64,000 bases of DNA, taken from assembly GCA_963724125.1 (NCBI GenBank), contig CAVRTJ010000006.1:17780-81779 (forward strand). Reading direction: 5' to 3'. Position 1 is the stretch's first letter; each line of letters starts with the position of its first letter. This document shows positions 27,810-38,679 of the stretch, in pieces. Source of the stretch: an uncultured Acidobacteriota bacterium (lineage in GTDB: Bacteria; Acidobacteriota; UBA4820; DSQY01). Under the pieces are notes generated by a model that worked only from the letters and a program-made list of their open reading frames with translations, was not told where the DNA came from and ran no database searches. The translations under genes and the position numbers were made by a program.

Positions 27810-28103
27810 GATCCGTGTCCTCCGTCGGCGTACGTCGATACCCGGGGTATCCCGGGAACGGGTCTCGAACCTATATAACACCTTGGAGGATATCAAAATT
27901 CTCTGCATCGACTTCGCACGGTGTTCCCGCCCGCCGTTCCTCCGCGACGACGACTTTGTCCGAGGAGCCCCTCCAACCGTCAGAGGGCCGTCCCGACCTC
28001 GCCCTCGATCAGGGGGGACTGTTTCCGTGCGTCAAGCTCCACGGCCCGAAGAATGAGCGAGTCGGGACCCGCCGCGAGCAGCTTCCCCACACCTCTTGTT
28101 CCG

Positions 28104-29403
28104 TCATTCTCCGATACAAGGTGCGTACAATACAATCCGAGCGAATAGAGGGGGCCGTTCAACTCGATGGAGTCTCAGAAGCGGGCCTGCGGCCCCGCAG
28201 TCGCCCTCGTCCACGACTTGCCTCACGAAGTCCTTCATCACCCGCGCTCTCTCGCCCGGCGTCGAGCTGGACCCCGTACCGCCGACCAGCGATGCCGAAC
28301 CTTCCAGCGCCGTGTAGGCAACGGCTTCGTAGAGACGATCGAACCGCGCATCGCCGAGGTCTGCGGCCGCAAGATCCTCGAAAGTCATGACCTGCCAGCC
28401 GTTTGCGGTGCCGCACATCTGAAGCTGCAGGCGGTGATAGGTCTCGTGCGTCATGGTCGCCAGGAGGGATTTCCAGTTGTCCTTGAAGAACTCCAGGTTG
28501 ATGCCCGCCGTGTCTGCAGTCGCCCAACCCCTAATCCACGGCTCGACCGTGAGACATATCCGCTCATGGAATGTGCGGCCTTCGGGGGCGTACCAGGTAT
28601 GCGGGACAGGACCGCGCCCGCCATTCGCGCCTTGCTTGTCTCGATTTCCGACAGCAGCCGAGCATAGGCCTTCCTGTGCTGCACGATGTCGGCGTAGTCG
28701 AAGAAGTTGTGCGGATTGATCCAGCACCAAAGCCGGTCCAGAGGGTCTCTCGCTCCTGCCATCCTTATCATTTCGGCAAGCGTACCGGTTGTGGGCAGGG
28801 GCGGCGGGACATAGCCCAGGTCGACCCGGTGCTCGAGCATCTCCCGGTTTGCAGGCAGTTCGGCAATAGCACGAGCTTCCTGTGGCGTGACCCGGCCATC
28901 TTCCAGCGCGGTTAAGAAGTCTGAAACGACCGAACCGTCTATCTCAAGACTCACGCTGGCCGGCACGCTCCCGTGAAGGGGCGGGAACTGCACCCCCGTG
29001 AACGCCGCAGGAAAATCGCCCTTCATCACCCGAACGTGTTCCATGTTGGTCGCCCGCTGTCTCGTCAGGCAAAGCGCAGCAGCCACTACGCCCCCCGGAG
29101 ATCGATGTATGGGAATGGCGTCAAGGTCGGCCAACTGCTTCGGCATGAGCCCGTAGAACCCGCCACCGAGTCCCTCCTGCTTCGTCTGAAAGTCCGCCAT
29201 GTCCCGGATTCTATTCTCATTGGAAAACGGATGTTCTGGATCTGCCGCACGAGGAATGCCTTGTCTCTCTCGCTGAGCAACCGATCCATCTCCGTCTCGG
29301 GCGTTTTTTTCGCCGCTTTCATAATGACGGTGGCACCCGTTCCGAATGCTACGATGCAGACCAGGCTGAGAATAGTGCAGAGATGGGATGCAGTGCTCTT
29401 CAA
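28104..29403 (-). pseudogene. Secreted HExxH zinc-metallopeptidase-like protein (DUF2268-like), split over three frames.
   Basis: TTG start with GGGAGG RBS and signal peptide MKSTASHLCTILSLVCIVAFGTGA (29403 frame). Middle part in the 29452 frame (EMLEHRVDLGYVPPPLP..WCWINPHNFFDYADIVQHRKAYARLL). C-terminal part in the 28730 frame containing ATMTHETYHRLQ (HExxH at 28435-28449). Confidence 0.4.
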
Positions 29404-29563
29404 CAGGAAACCTCCCAGAGGTGATTACACGTATCTCTCGATTCCGTTTCATCCTTCCGCTGAAGGATCCGGATCATCCGTTGATAGCCCGTGCCTGCGA
29501 GTCTATAATTAGTTATTGGTTCTGCAATCTGTGACTGGATATCATCACGAGGAGGCTTTCGTA

Positions 29564-30757
29564 ATGTCGAAGACCCATAAGGTAGCCTTGGTTTTCTCGG
29601 GTGGCCCCGCCCCCGCCGCCAACGCCGTTATCTCGTCCGCCGCCTTGAGTTTCCTGGACAACGAGATACCCGTACTCGGAATTCTCGATGGATTCACCAG
29701 GGTCCAGGAGTTCAAGCCCGGAACCTCCGAAGATCTACGGGAAGGACGCGACTTCATCGCCATCGACAAGACGATCTCGTCCATCCGAAACCAAAGCGGC
29801 ATATTCATACGGTCGGCCCGCGCGAATCCAGGCAAACCCGTCGGCGACAAAGGGGATCTGCGCGACCCGGGGAAAACTGAAAAGTTGAAGAATGTGATCG
29901 CCGCCATGGAACACCTGGGCGTCACCGCCCTTGTGACCATGGGCGGAGACGATACCTTGAAGACCGCCAATTTCCTTCATATGCTCGGTCTTCCGGTTAT
30001 CCATATCCCAAAGACCATCGACAACGACTATTACGGCATCCCCTGGACCTTTGGTTACTGGACCGCCGTCGATGTAGCCCAGAAGATCCTCCTCAACCTG
30101 AAATCCGATGCCGAATCGACAAACGCGTACTTCATGGTTGAGCTCATGGGCCGCAAGGCCGGTTGGATAACATACGCTGCAGGCATCGCCGGCGAAGCCG
30201 CCGACATGCTCGCCGCTGAGGAAGTCGAAGGGGAACTCGACCCTGAAGCGCTGGCGGGCCATTTCGCGGACCTAATCCAGGCACGGGAGGCGGAGGGCCG
30301 CACAGCGGGCATCATCTGCATCGCCGAGGGTCTTGCAGACAGACTGCCGGATAGTCTCAGGCCCAAGGAACTCGACCAACATGGGAACGTCTACTACGGC
30401 AGGGCGGAACTGTGCAAGACTCTCGCCGAAAAGACCGCCGCGATTTATAAAGAGCGCACGGGAAAGGCCAAGAAGATCACCCCCAAGCAGATCGGCTACG
30501 AAACTCGAACGGCACGTCCCATCTCCTACGACGTCGTTCTCGGAAGTGCCCTGGGGCACGGCGCCTACCGCCTTTTCAGCCGCAACCTCTTCGGTCACAT
30601 GGTCAGCGTGGAAGATAACATGGATATCAAGGCCATCCCCTTCTCCGACCTTGTTGACGCTGAGACGCTCGTCACGAAGGTCCGCCTCGTTCCCAAGAGC
30701 GGCGATCTCTACAAATTGAAGCAGGCCCTTTCTTTTCCCGTAGGTTCGAAGGACTGA
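29564..30757 (+). CDS. pfp: Pyrophosphate-dependent 6-phosphofructokinase (PfkA family).
   Basis: GAGGAGG RBS. KVALVFSGGPAPAANAVI, MGGDDTL (Asp at the G104 position) and IPKTIDNDY (Lys at the G124 position). These are the D/K residues that distinguish PPi-dependent from ATP-dependent PFKs. Confidence 0.85.
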   Translation: MSKTHKVALVFSGGPAPAANAVISSAALSFLDNEIPVLGILDGFTRVQEFKPGTSEDLREGRDFIAIDKTISSIRNQSGIFIRSARANPGKPVGDKGDLRDPGKTEKLKNVIAAMEHLGVTALVTMGGDDTLKTANFLHMLGLPVIHIPKTIDNDYYGIPWTFGYWTAVDVAQKILLNLKSDAESTNAYFMVELMGRKAGWITYAAGIAGEAADMLAAEEVEGELDPEALAGHFADLIQAREAEGRTAGIICIAEGLADRLPDSLRPKELDQHGNVYYGRAELCKTLAEKTAAIYKERTGKAKKITPKQIGYETRTARPISYDVVLGSALGHGAYRLFSRNLFGHMVSVEDNMDIKAIPFSDLVDAETLVTKVRLVPKSGDLYKLKQALSFPVGSKD

Positions 30758-30781
30758 GCACTCCGCAGGAAGGATGGCGAT

Positions 30782-31278
30782 ATGGACTTCCAGGACCTGA
30801 TCGCAGAGAAGCGGTCCCTCAGGTCGTACAGATCTGAACCGCCATAGACGCGGTCCTCGAGGCAGTGGTTCATGTGCCATCCGTCGGAAATCTCCGGGCA
30901 TACCGCATCAAGGTCGTCAGAGAAACCGACGGTAGGAAGGCCTTCGAGGGAGCGGCCCACGGTCAGGAGTTCCTCATAAGGGCCCTGCTCGCGCTCGTTT
31001 TCCTCGCCTGCCCAAAGGTCTCCCGGAGGCAATACGGAGATCGGGGCCGCGAGCTTTATACCATCCAGGACGCCACCATAGCCTGCCTGTAGGACTATCT
31101 CGCCTGCGTCGAGGTCGGGCCTGCCTCAGCGTGGATCGGGGCTTTTTCACCCGACGACGTGTCCCGTGCGCTCAGAACACCGCCCGGCCTTGTCCCCTCA
31201 GTCACACTGGCCGCCGGTTACCGCGCTGAAAAGCCGGAGCCGACGCCGAGAAAGCCCCTCGGCGAGCTTCTGCTTTAG
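30782..31278 (+). pseudogene. Nitroreductase-family protein remnant spread over three frames.
   Basis: MDFQDLIAEKRSLRSYRSEP, then AVLEAVVHVPSVGNLRAYRIKVVRETDGRKAFEGAAHGQEFLIRALLALVFLACPKV..YTIQDATIACL, then C-terminal LAAGYRAEKPEPTPRKPLGELLL, each in a different frame. Confidence 0.5.
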
Positions 31279-31344
31279 TCCAGACCGGCTTTCGGGCTGT
31301 AACGCCTTGTGATAAAATGCTTTTTTCAAGTGGGAGGAAGGGTC

Positions 31345-32094
31345 ATGTCCGGTCACAACAAATGGGCTAACATCAAGGCGCGCAAGGGTTCCCAGGACGC
31401 CAAGCGCGGCAAGGTTTTCACCAAACTCGCAAAAGAGATCATCATCTCGGCGAGGCTCGGCGGAGGCGATCCCGACGGAAATGCACGGCTTCGCAACGCA
31501 ATCCAGGCGGCGCGCGCCATAAATATGCCAAACGACAACATCAAGCGCGCGATTCAGCGCGGCACGGGGGAACTCGGCGGTGACGCCATCGAAGAGGTCA
31601 TTTACGAAGGCTACGGGCCGGCTGGCATCGCCATCCTGGTAGAAGCCGCGACCGACAACAGAAACCGAACGACCGGCGAGATACGCCACGTGTTCAGCAA
31701 GTACGGCGGCAATCTCGGGGTTCCGGGTTGCGTTGCCCGGCTCTTCAACAGGCAGGGCCAGATCACGATAGCCGGTGAGGGCTTGACCGAGGAGACCGTC
31801 TTTGAAGCCGCCCTGGAAGCCGGCGCCGACGACGTCCAGAGCGACAACGATAATTTCCTCGTTTTCACGAAGTTTGAGGACATGAACACAGTAAGCGATG
31901 CCATCGAGAAAGCGGGCCTGCCCGTCAATGCCGTTCAGGGCGTCTACACGCCCATATCCACGACGTTCATCGCCGGCGAAAACGCCAAGGGGCTGCTGAA
32001 GCTTATGGATGGGCTCGAGGACAACGACGACGTCTCCAACGTCTGGTCCAACTTCGACATAGCGGACAGCGACCTCGAGGCCATCGAAGACTGA
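31345..32094 (+). CDS. yebC: YebC/PmpR-family probable transcriptional regulatory protein.
   Basis: GGGAGGAAGG RBS. MSGHNKWANIKARKGSQDAKRGKVFTKLAKEIIISARLGGGDPDGNARLRNAIQAARAINMPNDNIKRAI. Confidence 0.9.
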   Translation: MSGHNKWANIKARKGSQDAKRGKVFTKLAKEIIISARLGGGDPDGNARLRNAIQAARAINMPNDNIKRAIQRGTGELGGDAIEEVIYEGYGPAGIAILVEAATDNRNRTTGEIRHVFSKYGGNLGVPGCVARLFNRQGQITIAGEGLTEETVFEAALEAGADDVQSDNDNFLVFTKFEDMNTVSDAIEKAGLPVNAVQGVYTPISTTFIAGENAKGLLKLMDGLEDNDDVSNVWSNFDIADSDLEAIED

Positions 32095-32585
32095 TGATCG
32101 TTCTCGGTGTTGATTCGGGATCCCTGTGCACCGGATTCGGTGTCGTCGAAGGCACAGGAAACCGTCAGCGGGCTCTGTCCTACGGGGCTATCAGGAACCG
32201 GGCGAGCACGGGCCATGCCGAACGCCTTACGGTCATACACGACAAGCTGAAGGCGGTCATCCAGCAGTATCATCCCGAAGTGCTCGCGCTCGAGGGGGTG
32301 TTCATGGCGAAAAACGCCCAGAGTGCCCTGAAACTAGGACAGGTACGTGGAGCCGTCATGATCACCGCCTTTGCCGAAGGCCTCCGGCTCATGGAATTCT
32401 CGCCCGCAGAAGTCAAGGCCGCCGTCACCGGCTACGGACGCGCCGAGAAGTCCCAGGTCCAGCACATGGTGAAATCTATCCTCGAACTCACAGAAATCCC
32501 CGAGCCTCATGATGCCGCGGACGCCCTTGCGCTTGCGATCTGCGCGCTGGCCAGCGGCTCCTGGTCCAGACGGGTGGGCGAGTGA
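32094..32585 (+). CDS. ruvC: Crossover junction endodeoxyribonuclease RuvC.
   Basis: MIVLGVDSGSLCTGFGVVE..VLALEGVFMAKNAQSALKLGQVRGAVM..GYGRAEKSQVQHMV. Start overlaps the yebC stop. Confidence 0.9.
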   Translation: MIVLGVDSGSLCTGFGVVEGTGNRQRALSYGAIRNRASTGHAERLTVIHDKLKAVIQQYHPEVLALEGVFMAKNAQSALKLGQVRGAVMITAFAEGLRLMEFSPAEVKAAVTGYGRAEKSQVQHMVKSILELTEIPEPHDAADALALAICALASGSWSRRVGE

Positions 32586-33178
32586 TGATCGCACGGTTGC
32601 GTGGACGCCTGCTTGAGAAAGAACCCTCGGAGCTTGTGGTCGAGGCAGGCGGCGTAGGTTATTCGGTCGCGGTGCCTCTTTCCACCTTCACGCGGCTCAA
32701 TGGCGACGAGGTCGACCTTTTCATTCACACCGTCGTTCGAGCAGACGCCATCCTGCTGTTCGGATTCCTCAGCCGCCGAGAAAGAGAGCTGTTCAGGAAG
32801 CTGATCGCCGTGCAGGGCGTAGGCCCCATGACGGCGCTGGCCATTCTCTCCGGGCTATCTTTCGAAGAGCTTGTTTCGGCCATCCATTCGGGGGACGCGA
32901 AGCGATTGAACGGCATTCCGAGGGTCGGGAAGAAAACCGCCGAGAGGGTCTGCCTCGAGCTCAAGGAAAGGCTCGGCGATCTGGGAAGCGACTACGCGGC
33001 TACTCTCGGAGCGGACGAGGGATTGCCGCACGAACTTTCAGATGCATTGGTCGCCCTTGAAAATCTGGGATACAAGACGAATCAGGCGAAGGACGCGTTA
33101 TTGAAAGCCCGTGCGTCCGTCCCGCAGGGTCCCCTTGAGGACTGGATCCGGCTCGCGCTTAAAGGCCTCTCCCGCTAA
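32585..33178 (+). CDS. ruvA: Holliday junction branch-migration protein RuvA.
   Basis: MIARLRGRLLEKEPSELVVEAGGVGYSVAVPLSTF..LFIHTVVRADAILLFGF..ELFRKLIAVQGVGPMTALAILS. No ruvB follows. Confidence 0.9.
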   Translation: MIARLRGRLLEKEPSELVVEAGGVGYSVAVPLSTFTRLNGDEVDLFIHTVVRADAILLFGFLSRRERELFRKLIAVQGVGPMTALAILSGLSFEELVSAIHSGDAKRLNGIPRVGKKTAERVCLELKERLGDLGSDYAATLGADEGLPHELSDALVALENLGYKTNQAKDALLKARASVPQGPLEDWIRLALKGLSR

Positions 33179-33361
33179 CCGACCGCTTCGCACCAATATG
33201 CCTTTTCCGGCTCGGGAGTCTTCCGCCTGCCGGAAAGCCGTTCATCGCTTTCGCTATGCACACACGGTCGTCCCTACAGGCACTTGCTCACAGTCACACT
33301 TCCGCTCGTGCCCGCGGGACAGCCGGCCTTGCCATCCGACCGGCGGCAACCATGGCCAAGC

Positions 33362-34042
33362 TCAGGCCCTTTTCTTGAGCTGATCCTCGACGAACCTGTT
33401 CAGGCGCTCGTGCTCAGAGTCGGTCATCTCTACGAAGTGAACCCCGTAGGCGTTCAGACGCGACGACACTTCCCGGGCCTCTCTGACCACCACTCCCGTC
33501 ACTTTCACCTTCTCTTTTTCCAACGGAAGGGTGACCTGGAGTTGTACTCTGTCTCCGAGCTTCAGCCGCCTTGCCGTGAGCAGAAGAATCCCCGAGGCGC
33601 TGAGGTTTATGGAGTTGCACAGGAACAGGCTGGCCTGGAGGTACCCTTGGACCTGCACGTACACCAAAAGCCGAGCGTCTCTCCGCACGGCAATCGCCAG
33701 GAGCTTCTCGCACGCCGCACCGAAGTCCGTTCCGACGACGGGCTTCCTCAGGACGACGTTGACTCCTTCGGGTGGCTCGTCTTCGTATTTGTTGCTTATA
33801 AGGATCACGGCGGTCTGGTGGCACTCCGGGACCTCCCGCAGTTTCGAAGCGAGATCAGACCCGGCCATGTCGGACAGTTTCTCGTCTATGATGATAAGCT
33901 CCGGTTGCAAAGTGCCTATTTTCTCAAGGGCTTCCTCGCCTGCCGACGCGCGATGAAGCTCGTGCTCTTTTCGGAGAAGCAGACTCTGCTCGAAAGGAAC
34001 GACCGGAATTCCGCTTTCAACGACCAAGATCCGCTTCCCCAT
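33362..34042 (-). CDS. Response-regulator receiver domain fused to a C-terminal PilZ domain (c-di-GMP-binding type).
   Basis: KRILVVESG..LIIIDEKLSDMAGSDLASKLREV..AVILISN receiver. Then RLKLGDRVQLQVTLP..VKVTGVVVRE..YGVHFVEMTDSEHERLNRFV PilZ-like. Confidence 0.7.
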   Translation of the reverse strand: MGKRILVVESGIPVVPFEQSLLLRKEHELHRASAGEEALEKIGTLQPELIIIDEKLSDMAGSDLASKLREVPECHQTAVILISNKYEDEPPEGVNVVLRKPVVGTDFGAACEKLLAIAVRRDARLLVYVQVQGYLQASLFLCNSINLSASGILLLTARRLKLGDRVQLQVTLPLEKEKVKVTGVVVREAREVSSRLNAYGVHFVEMTDSEHERLNRFVEDQLKKRA

Positions 34043-34356
34043 ATCCTATACCCCTTAGGAAATCTTTTCCTGCCGCCGTGCCAGACGCTCTCTTTAGCTC
34101 TGCAGCGACAGCGACTCGATACGTCCCATAATCGCAACCGGCCCTGCGACCTGACGATATCACCGTTGAGGGTTGTTTCGGTGGCCTGAACCCTCTCCCT
34201 CCCGGGGTTCTTACTGTCCGCAGACCGGCCCCGGGGCCGACAGAACGCACGTGCTCCAGCCCTATGGTGACATTTTAGTGTTGCACGCCGGTGATTTTCA
34301 AGATTGACGTGCCTCTGTGGAAGTGAGGGGCTGCGCAAGTCTTTCTGACGCGGACT

Positions 34357-35310
34357 TTATGGATCGGCACGCCCCGGTTCCTCGTAGGGGAACAACGGAG
34401 TCGACAGGTATCGTTCCCCGCTGTCGCACACTACGCTGACCACGCGTTTTCCCGGGCCCAGTTCGCGCGCGATCTCGAGGGCGGCATGGAGGATCGCTCC
34501 CGACGAAATGCCTGCAAGGATGCCCTCCTCTCGGGCAAGCTTGCGGGCTGCGACGAGGGCGTCTTCGTACGATACCTGCATCACGCGGTCGACCACAGAT
34601 GGGTCGTAGTTCTCCGGGATGAAGCCCGCACCGATTCCCTGAATTTTGTGCGGACCCGGGTCGCCTCCGGACAGGACCGGCGAACCGACGGGTTCTACCG
34701 CCGCGACCAGGACATCCTTTCCCACCGCAGCCTTCAGCATCCGCCCCACGCCGGTCACAGTCCCCCCCGTGCCGACGCCGGCCACGAAGGCATCAAGCTT
34801 CCCGTCCGTGTCCCTTATGACTTCCATCGCGGTCGTATTCTTGTGAATCCAGGGATTGGCAGGGTTGTCGAATTGCGAAGGCATAAACGCCCCCGGCGTT
34901 TTCTCAAGAATTCTCCGGGCCTCGCTTATTGCTCCCTTCATGCCCTTGGCTCCCGGCGTCAGGATGAGGGTTGCGCCGTAGGCCTGCAGGAGACGCCTTC
35001 GTTCCTCGCTCATAGTATCCGGCATGACCAGCACCAGTCGATATCCTTTCTGGGCGGCCACCATCGCCAGTCCGATTCCCGTATTTCCAGAGGTGGGCTC
35101 CACGATGCTCTGTCCCGGCTTGAGACATCCCTCCCTTTCCGCGGCCTCAAGCATGGAATGGGCGATCCGGTCTTTCACACTGGCGCCCGGGTTGAAGAAC
35201 TCCAGCTTCACGCAGACCTCCGCCATGTCCTTTCCCGGGATACGGTTCAATCGCACCAACGGCGTATCGCCGATGGTCTCCGATATGGTCCTGTAAATGC
35301 GTCCACTCAT
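34357..35310 (-). CDS. cysK: Cysteine synthase A (O-acetylserine sulfhydrylase).
   Basis: [30 protein letters not shown] (PLP lysine), [24 protein letters not shown]. 317 aa from the ATG at 35310. Confidence 0.9.
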   Translation of the reverse strand: MSGRIYRTISETIGDTPLVRLNRIPGKDMAEVCVKLEFFNPGASVKDRIAHSMLEAAEREGCLKPGQSIVEPTSGNTGIGLAMVAAQKGYRLVLVMPDTMSEERRRLLQAYGATLILTPGAKGMKGAISEARRILEKTPGAFMPSQFDNPANPWIHKNTTAMEVIRDTDGKLDAFVAGVGTGGTVTGVGRMLKAAVGKDVLVAAVEPVGSPVLSGGDPGPHKIQGIGAGFIPENYDPSVVDRVMQVSYEDALVAARKLAREEGILAGISSGAILHAALEIARELGPGKRVVSVVCDSGERYLSTPLFPYEEPGRADP

Positions 35311-35320
35311 TCTTCTCTCC

Positions 35321-35953
35321 CTAAACCCCTGCACGGGGACAGAGTTCCTCCACACCGCATTCGTCGCACTTCGGTTTTCTCGCCACGCAGACGCCTCGTC
35401 CGTGTTGGATCAGGGCGTGCGCAAGGAATGTCCAGTCCTGCTTTGGAAAAAGCCCCATGAGGTCTTCTTCGGCCTTCTCTGGACTGCCGGCGTTGGACAA
35501 GCCCATCCTCCCCGCCAGACGCCGGACGTGCGTGTCGACGACGACGCCTTCGTTCCTGCCGTAGGCGTTGCCGAGGACCACGTTGGCCGTTTTGCGGGCC
35601 ACGCCGGGAAGACGCACGAGGTCTTCCATATTCTCGGGCACCCGACCTTCGAACTCGTCGACCAGCATCCTGGCTGATCCGTGGAGGGACTTGGCCTTGT
35701 TCCTGAAAAAGCCGGTCGAGCGGATGAGATCTTCCAACTCCGCCTGCTCCATGGCGGCCATCTCGGCCGGTCCAGGGCACCGCCTGAAAAGCGCCGGCGT
35801 GACCTTGTTGACCCTCTCGTCCGTACACTGAGCCGAAAGAATGGTGGCCACGAGCAGCTGGAACGGATTCTCGAAGTCCAGGCTGCAGTCGGCATCGGGA
35901 TACATGTTCTCTAGTCTTCGCAGGATTTGCTTCGCACGTTCCCTATCGGTCAT
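35321..35953 (-). CDS. nth: Endonuclease III.
   Basis: [22 protein letters not shown], the Hh[17 protein letters not shown] and the C-terminal Fe-S cluster [17 protein letters not shown]. Confidence 0.9.
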   Translation of the reverse strand: MTDRERAKQILRRLENMYPDADCSLDFENPFQLLVATILSAQCTDERVNKVTPALFRRCPGPAEMAAMEQAELEDLIRSTGFFRNKAKSLHGSARMLVDEFEGRVPENMEDLVRLPGVARKTANVVLGNAYGRNEGVVVDTHVRRLAGRMGLSNAGSPEKAEEDLMGLFPKQDWTFLAHALIQHGRGVCVARKPKCDECGVEELCPRAGV

Positions 35954-35962
35954 TCTCGGCTC

Positions 35963-38401
35963 CTAATTCGGCGGCGGGACCCCCTGTGAACCATCCGATC
36001 CGGCCGACAGGCTCTCCAGCCCCTTTATATGATTGAGTAACTGCCATACGCTTATTGTATTCCTCCCCGGGACCCTCAACTCGAAAGAGACATCCTTCCT
36101 GAAGAGCGCCTTGACGGGGTTCGCTTCGTGGAAGAGCTTCAGCGCGTAGAAGGTGACGACGCCTCGATCCAATCCGCACCGCAACGAGGCATCGTCGTAG
36201 TTGAGCCGGCTGCTCTTGAGCAGTGAGCGGATCCTCTCTCCTCCCATCTTCACGAGAAATTCCCTTGCGATGGTCCTAGGTTCGGTCCCTGAAGGATCGG
36301 ACCAGACGTCCAGGATGCCTTTCATCTCGCCCAGACCGAGGGACTGCCCGCTCAGGGTCAGGCTCCCGGACACGTCCCCCGACAGAAACCCCGCCAGTTT
36401 GCCGGACTGGTCACACAGGGTCTTCAGTCCCACTTCCTTCAAGATCGCTTGCGCAGCATACCGCAGGCCTTCCGTGGATACCGCCAGCCGCATTTCTGCC
36501 CGCATGCGCCCGTCCCACAAATCGCATCGAGACATATGCAGGACTACCACGCCCGATTCGATAGAGGGATATACTTCGGCGTTGTCGAGGTGAAAAACGC
36601 TGTAACGGATGCGCCCGATCCTCATCGGCGCGCTCTCCTCTTCATGGCGCTGAATCCCCAATGCACCGTCGATCGTCGAACGCTCTGGAACAGAAAAGCC
36701 GAGGACTTCGACGTTCGCCGCATCGTCGTGGATGACGAAAGGAAGCCTTCCATCCACGTCCCTTATCCTCAGGGCCTTGTCTTCCGACAGGAAAGAGCCA
36801 GAACGCACATCCAGGCTACCTCTCAGGCCGACGTGGGAATCAACGTCCTCCATTTTTCCCGAGATCGCCCCACGTCCCGCAACCGAACCATATGCCACGT
36901 ACTCGGGCAAGAAATCGAAGACGGCGTTCTGCAGATCGGCAAGCGACAGAGTCGGCGTCTTGAAGGTGACATCGGCGCCCGTCTCCTTCGTTTTGATGCC
37001 GATATCCACGGGCACGGTGCCACGCTCCAGGCTCAAACCGTGCGAGACGGCCTCCAGCCGGCCTCCTGCGAACGAGCCTTCGAGCCCGCCGGAAACGCCT
37101 CTGAGTTTCCTTTCGCCGCCACCGGGTTCGACGGATACCCCCGCAAGAGAGAGATCGAATCGAAGTCCGTCGGGTATTGTCTCCAAAGGAACGGTCACGG
37201 TACCGCTCAGGCTCCCGGCAGATACCGCCAGCGGAAGCTCCTTGAGGCGCCGAAGAAGCGACATTGCCTGTTTCGCCCCGATCCCGGCGAACTTGAGCGT
37301 CAAGCGTGCCGGGGCATCTTTGACACCGCCAACAGACGCTTCGGCAGTCCCACCCCAGAGGGCGGTCCTCGCCCCGCGCTTCCATCCCGCCTCCCCTGTC
37401 CCTGGATCCAACGGTGCCTTTCAGGCCCTCCACACTCTCTCCAAGAATGTCCGCTTTCCCGCATGACCACGCGCCATAGAGTCCGCCATCCATTTGGAGG
37501 GTCGCCCTCCCTTCTGAGAAGGTTATCTTCCTGTCCAGAAGTGCTCCGTTTACGCGCTCGAGTTGAATGGTCCTCCCCTTGCGGAGCATTACGTGCCCCG
37601 AGAGATCTCCCCTCCAGGAAGGGCACCGCCGTCTTCACGCCAAACGCACCTTCATCCGCGGTGCCCCTGCCCCGCGACCTCCACCCCGCCAAAGATCGGC
37701 CGGCAATAAGAAGACGGCCTGCGCGAAGATCGACGTCCCATCCATCGGACCCGTTCGAGGGAAACCCCTTGCCAGCCGGCCCTGCCCGAGATGCCGCTGG
37801 CCGACATCCCCATGCCCTGCAGGCCTGCACCGGCAACATCCAGAGATAAAGAACCATTTGCCAAACGGAGGCTCCAGGTCCCCTTCCCTTGCGCGTCGAA
37901 TCCACAACTCTCAAGCCCGCCGCCGCGACCCTCGAGCGAAAAAGACCCTCTCGAAGGACCGGTGGGCAGCGGTATATTCCCCCCGCCGTCCTTTGGGCCG
38001 AGGTAACTGAACCGGCCCCCGCCGTTCCACCTGTCGCCTTTCCGGGTTCCGTGCCATTGCGCCTCGCCGAGAGCACCCTTCATCGTGCCCTCGATCTTAG
38101 CCTCCGGCCCGTGACCGTCGGCCTCGAACGAAGCCCTCCACATCGGCCGTTCGAGTCCTCCAGCCGCACTCCAGAAACCCGTTCGATCACGCCGAACATG
38201 GCCCCAACTCCGGAGGCTCGGTAGCATTTTCTCGACTACGCCGAAACGCTTGAGCCGACCTTCGAGGGTCCAGGTACAGCTGACATCACCCCTTTCGGCC
38301 AAATTGAGATTTCCTTGGTATTCCAGCCTCCCTTCCCCGGGAACGCGGATTATCTTTCCATGCGTTTCTCGGGTAATGCACCGCCCTTCAGTTCCTGTCA
38401 T
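35963..38401 (-). pseudogene. Large AsmA-family-like exported protein (outer-membrane biogenesis type), about 810 codons read across several frames.
   Basis: C-terminal 482-aa ORF with a repetitive beta-rich pattern (LSLAGVSVEPGG..VSTEGLRYAAQAILKEVGLK..LTLSGQSLGLGEMKGILDVW). N-terminal 272-aa ORF (37652..38470) on the same strand. The + strand ORFs here are Arg-rich antisense. N-terminal start (ATG 38401) has no good RBS. Confidence 0.4.
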
Positions 38402-38432
38402 ATTTAACTTATTGATAGATTCTACTGAAATA

Positions 38433-38448
38433 AATGTGCTAGCACATT
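38433..38448. promoter_or_regulatory. Perfect 16-bp palindrome AATGTGCTAGCACATT in an AT-rich intergenic island. A second TGTG-N5-CACA half-site pair lies at 38459-38471.
   Basis: Read directly from the sequence. Located about 32 nt upstream (minus orientation) of the AsmA-like start at 38401, overlapping a candidate -35/-10 (TAGAAT) region. Confidence 0.4.
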
Positions 38449-38679
38449 CAGCACTCTTTGTGATTTGCACATACGGGAGCCTCAGGCTGCCGAGTCAATT
38501 TCTACTGCAGAATAGCTACCTTCTGGTCCAGGCGCCGCAGCAAGCCGGATCGGAATCGATGAATCCTTCCCTTCCCGTCCAGACTCCACAGCAGAAATTC
38601 CGATCCCCTGCCCCGCTCGCCTCTGCCGTCTATTTTCCAGGACATCGCCCCGCGCGGGAGATCCCCTTTCACGTAAAAG

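Noticed and set aside
27815-28390. 191-aa plus-strand ORF.
   Set aside because: Ser/Arg/Pro-rich and lacking motifs. The minus strand here encodes the HExxH protein C-terminus.
34043-34356. Possible sigma54 promoter or riboswitch in the 314-bp gap between the receiver-PilZ gene and cysK.
   Set aside because: TGG..TTGCA-like elements are present but with the wrong spacing (15 nt instead of 10 between GG and GC). They are also on the strand pointing away from both flanking genes.
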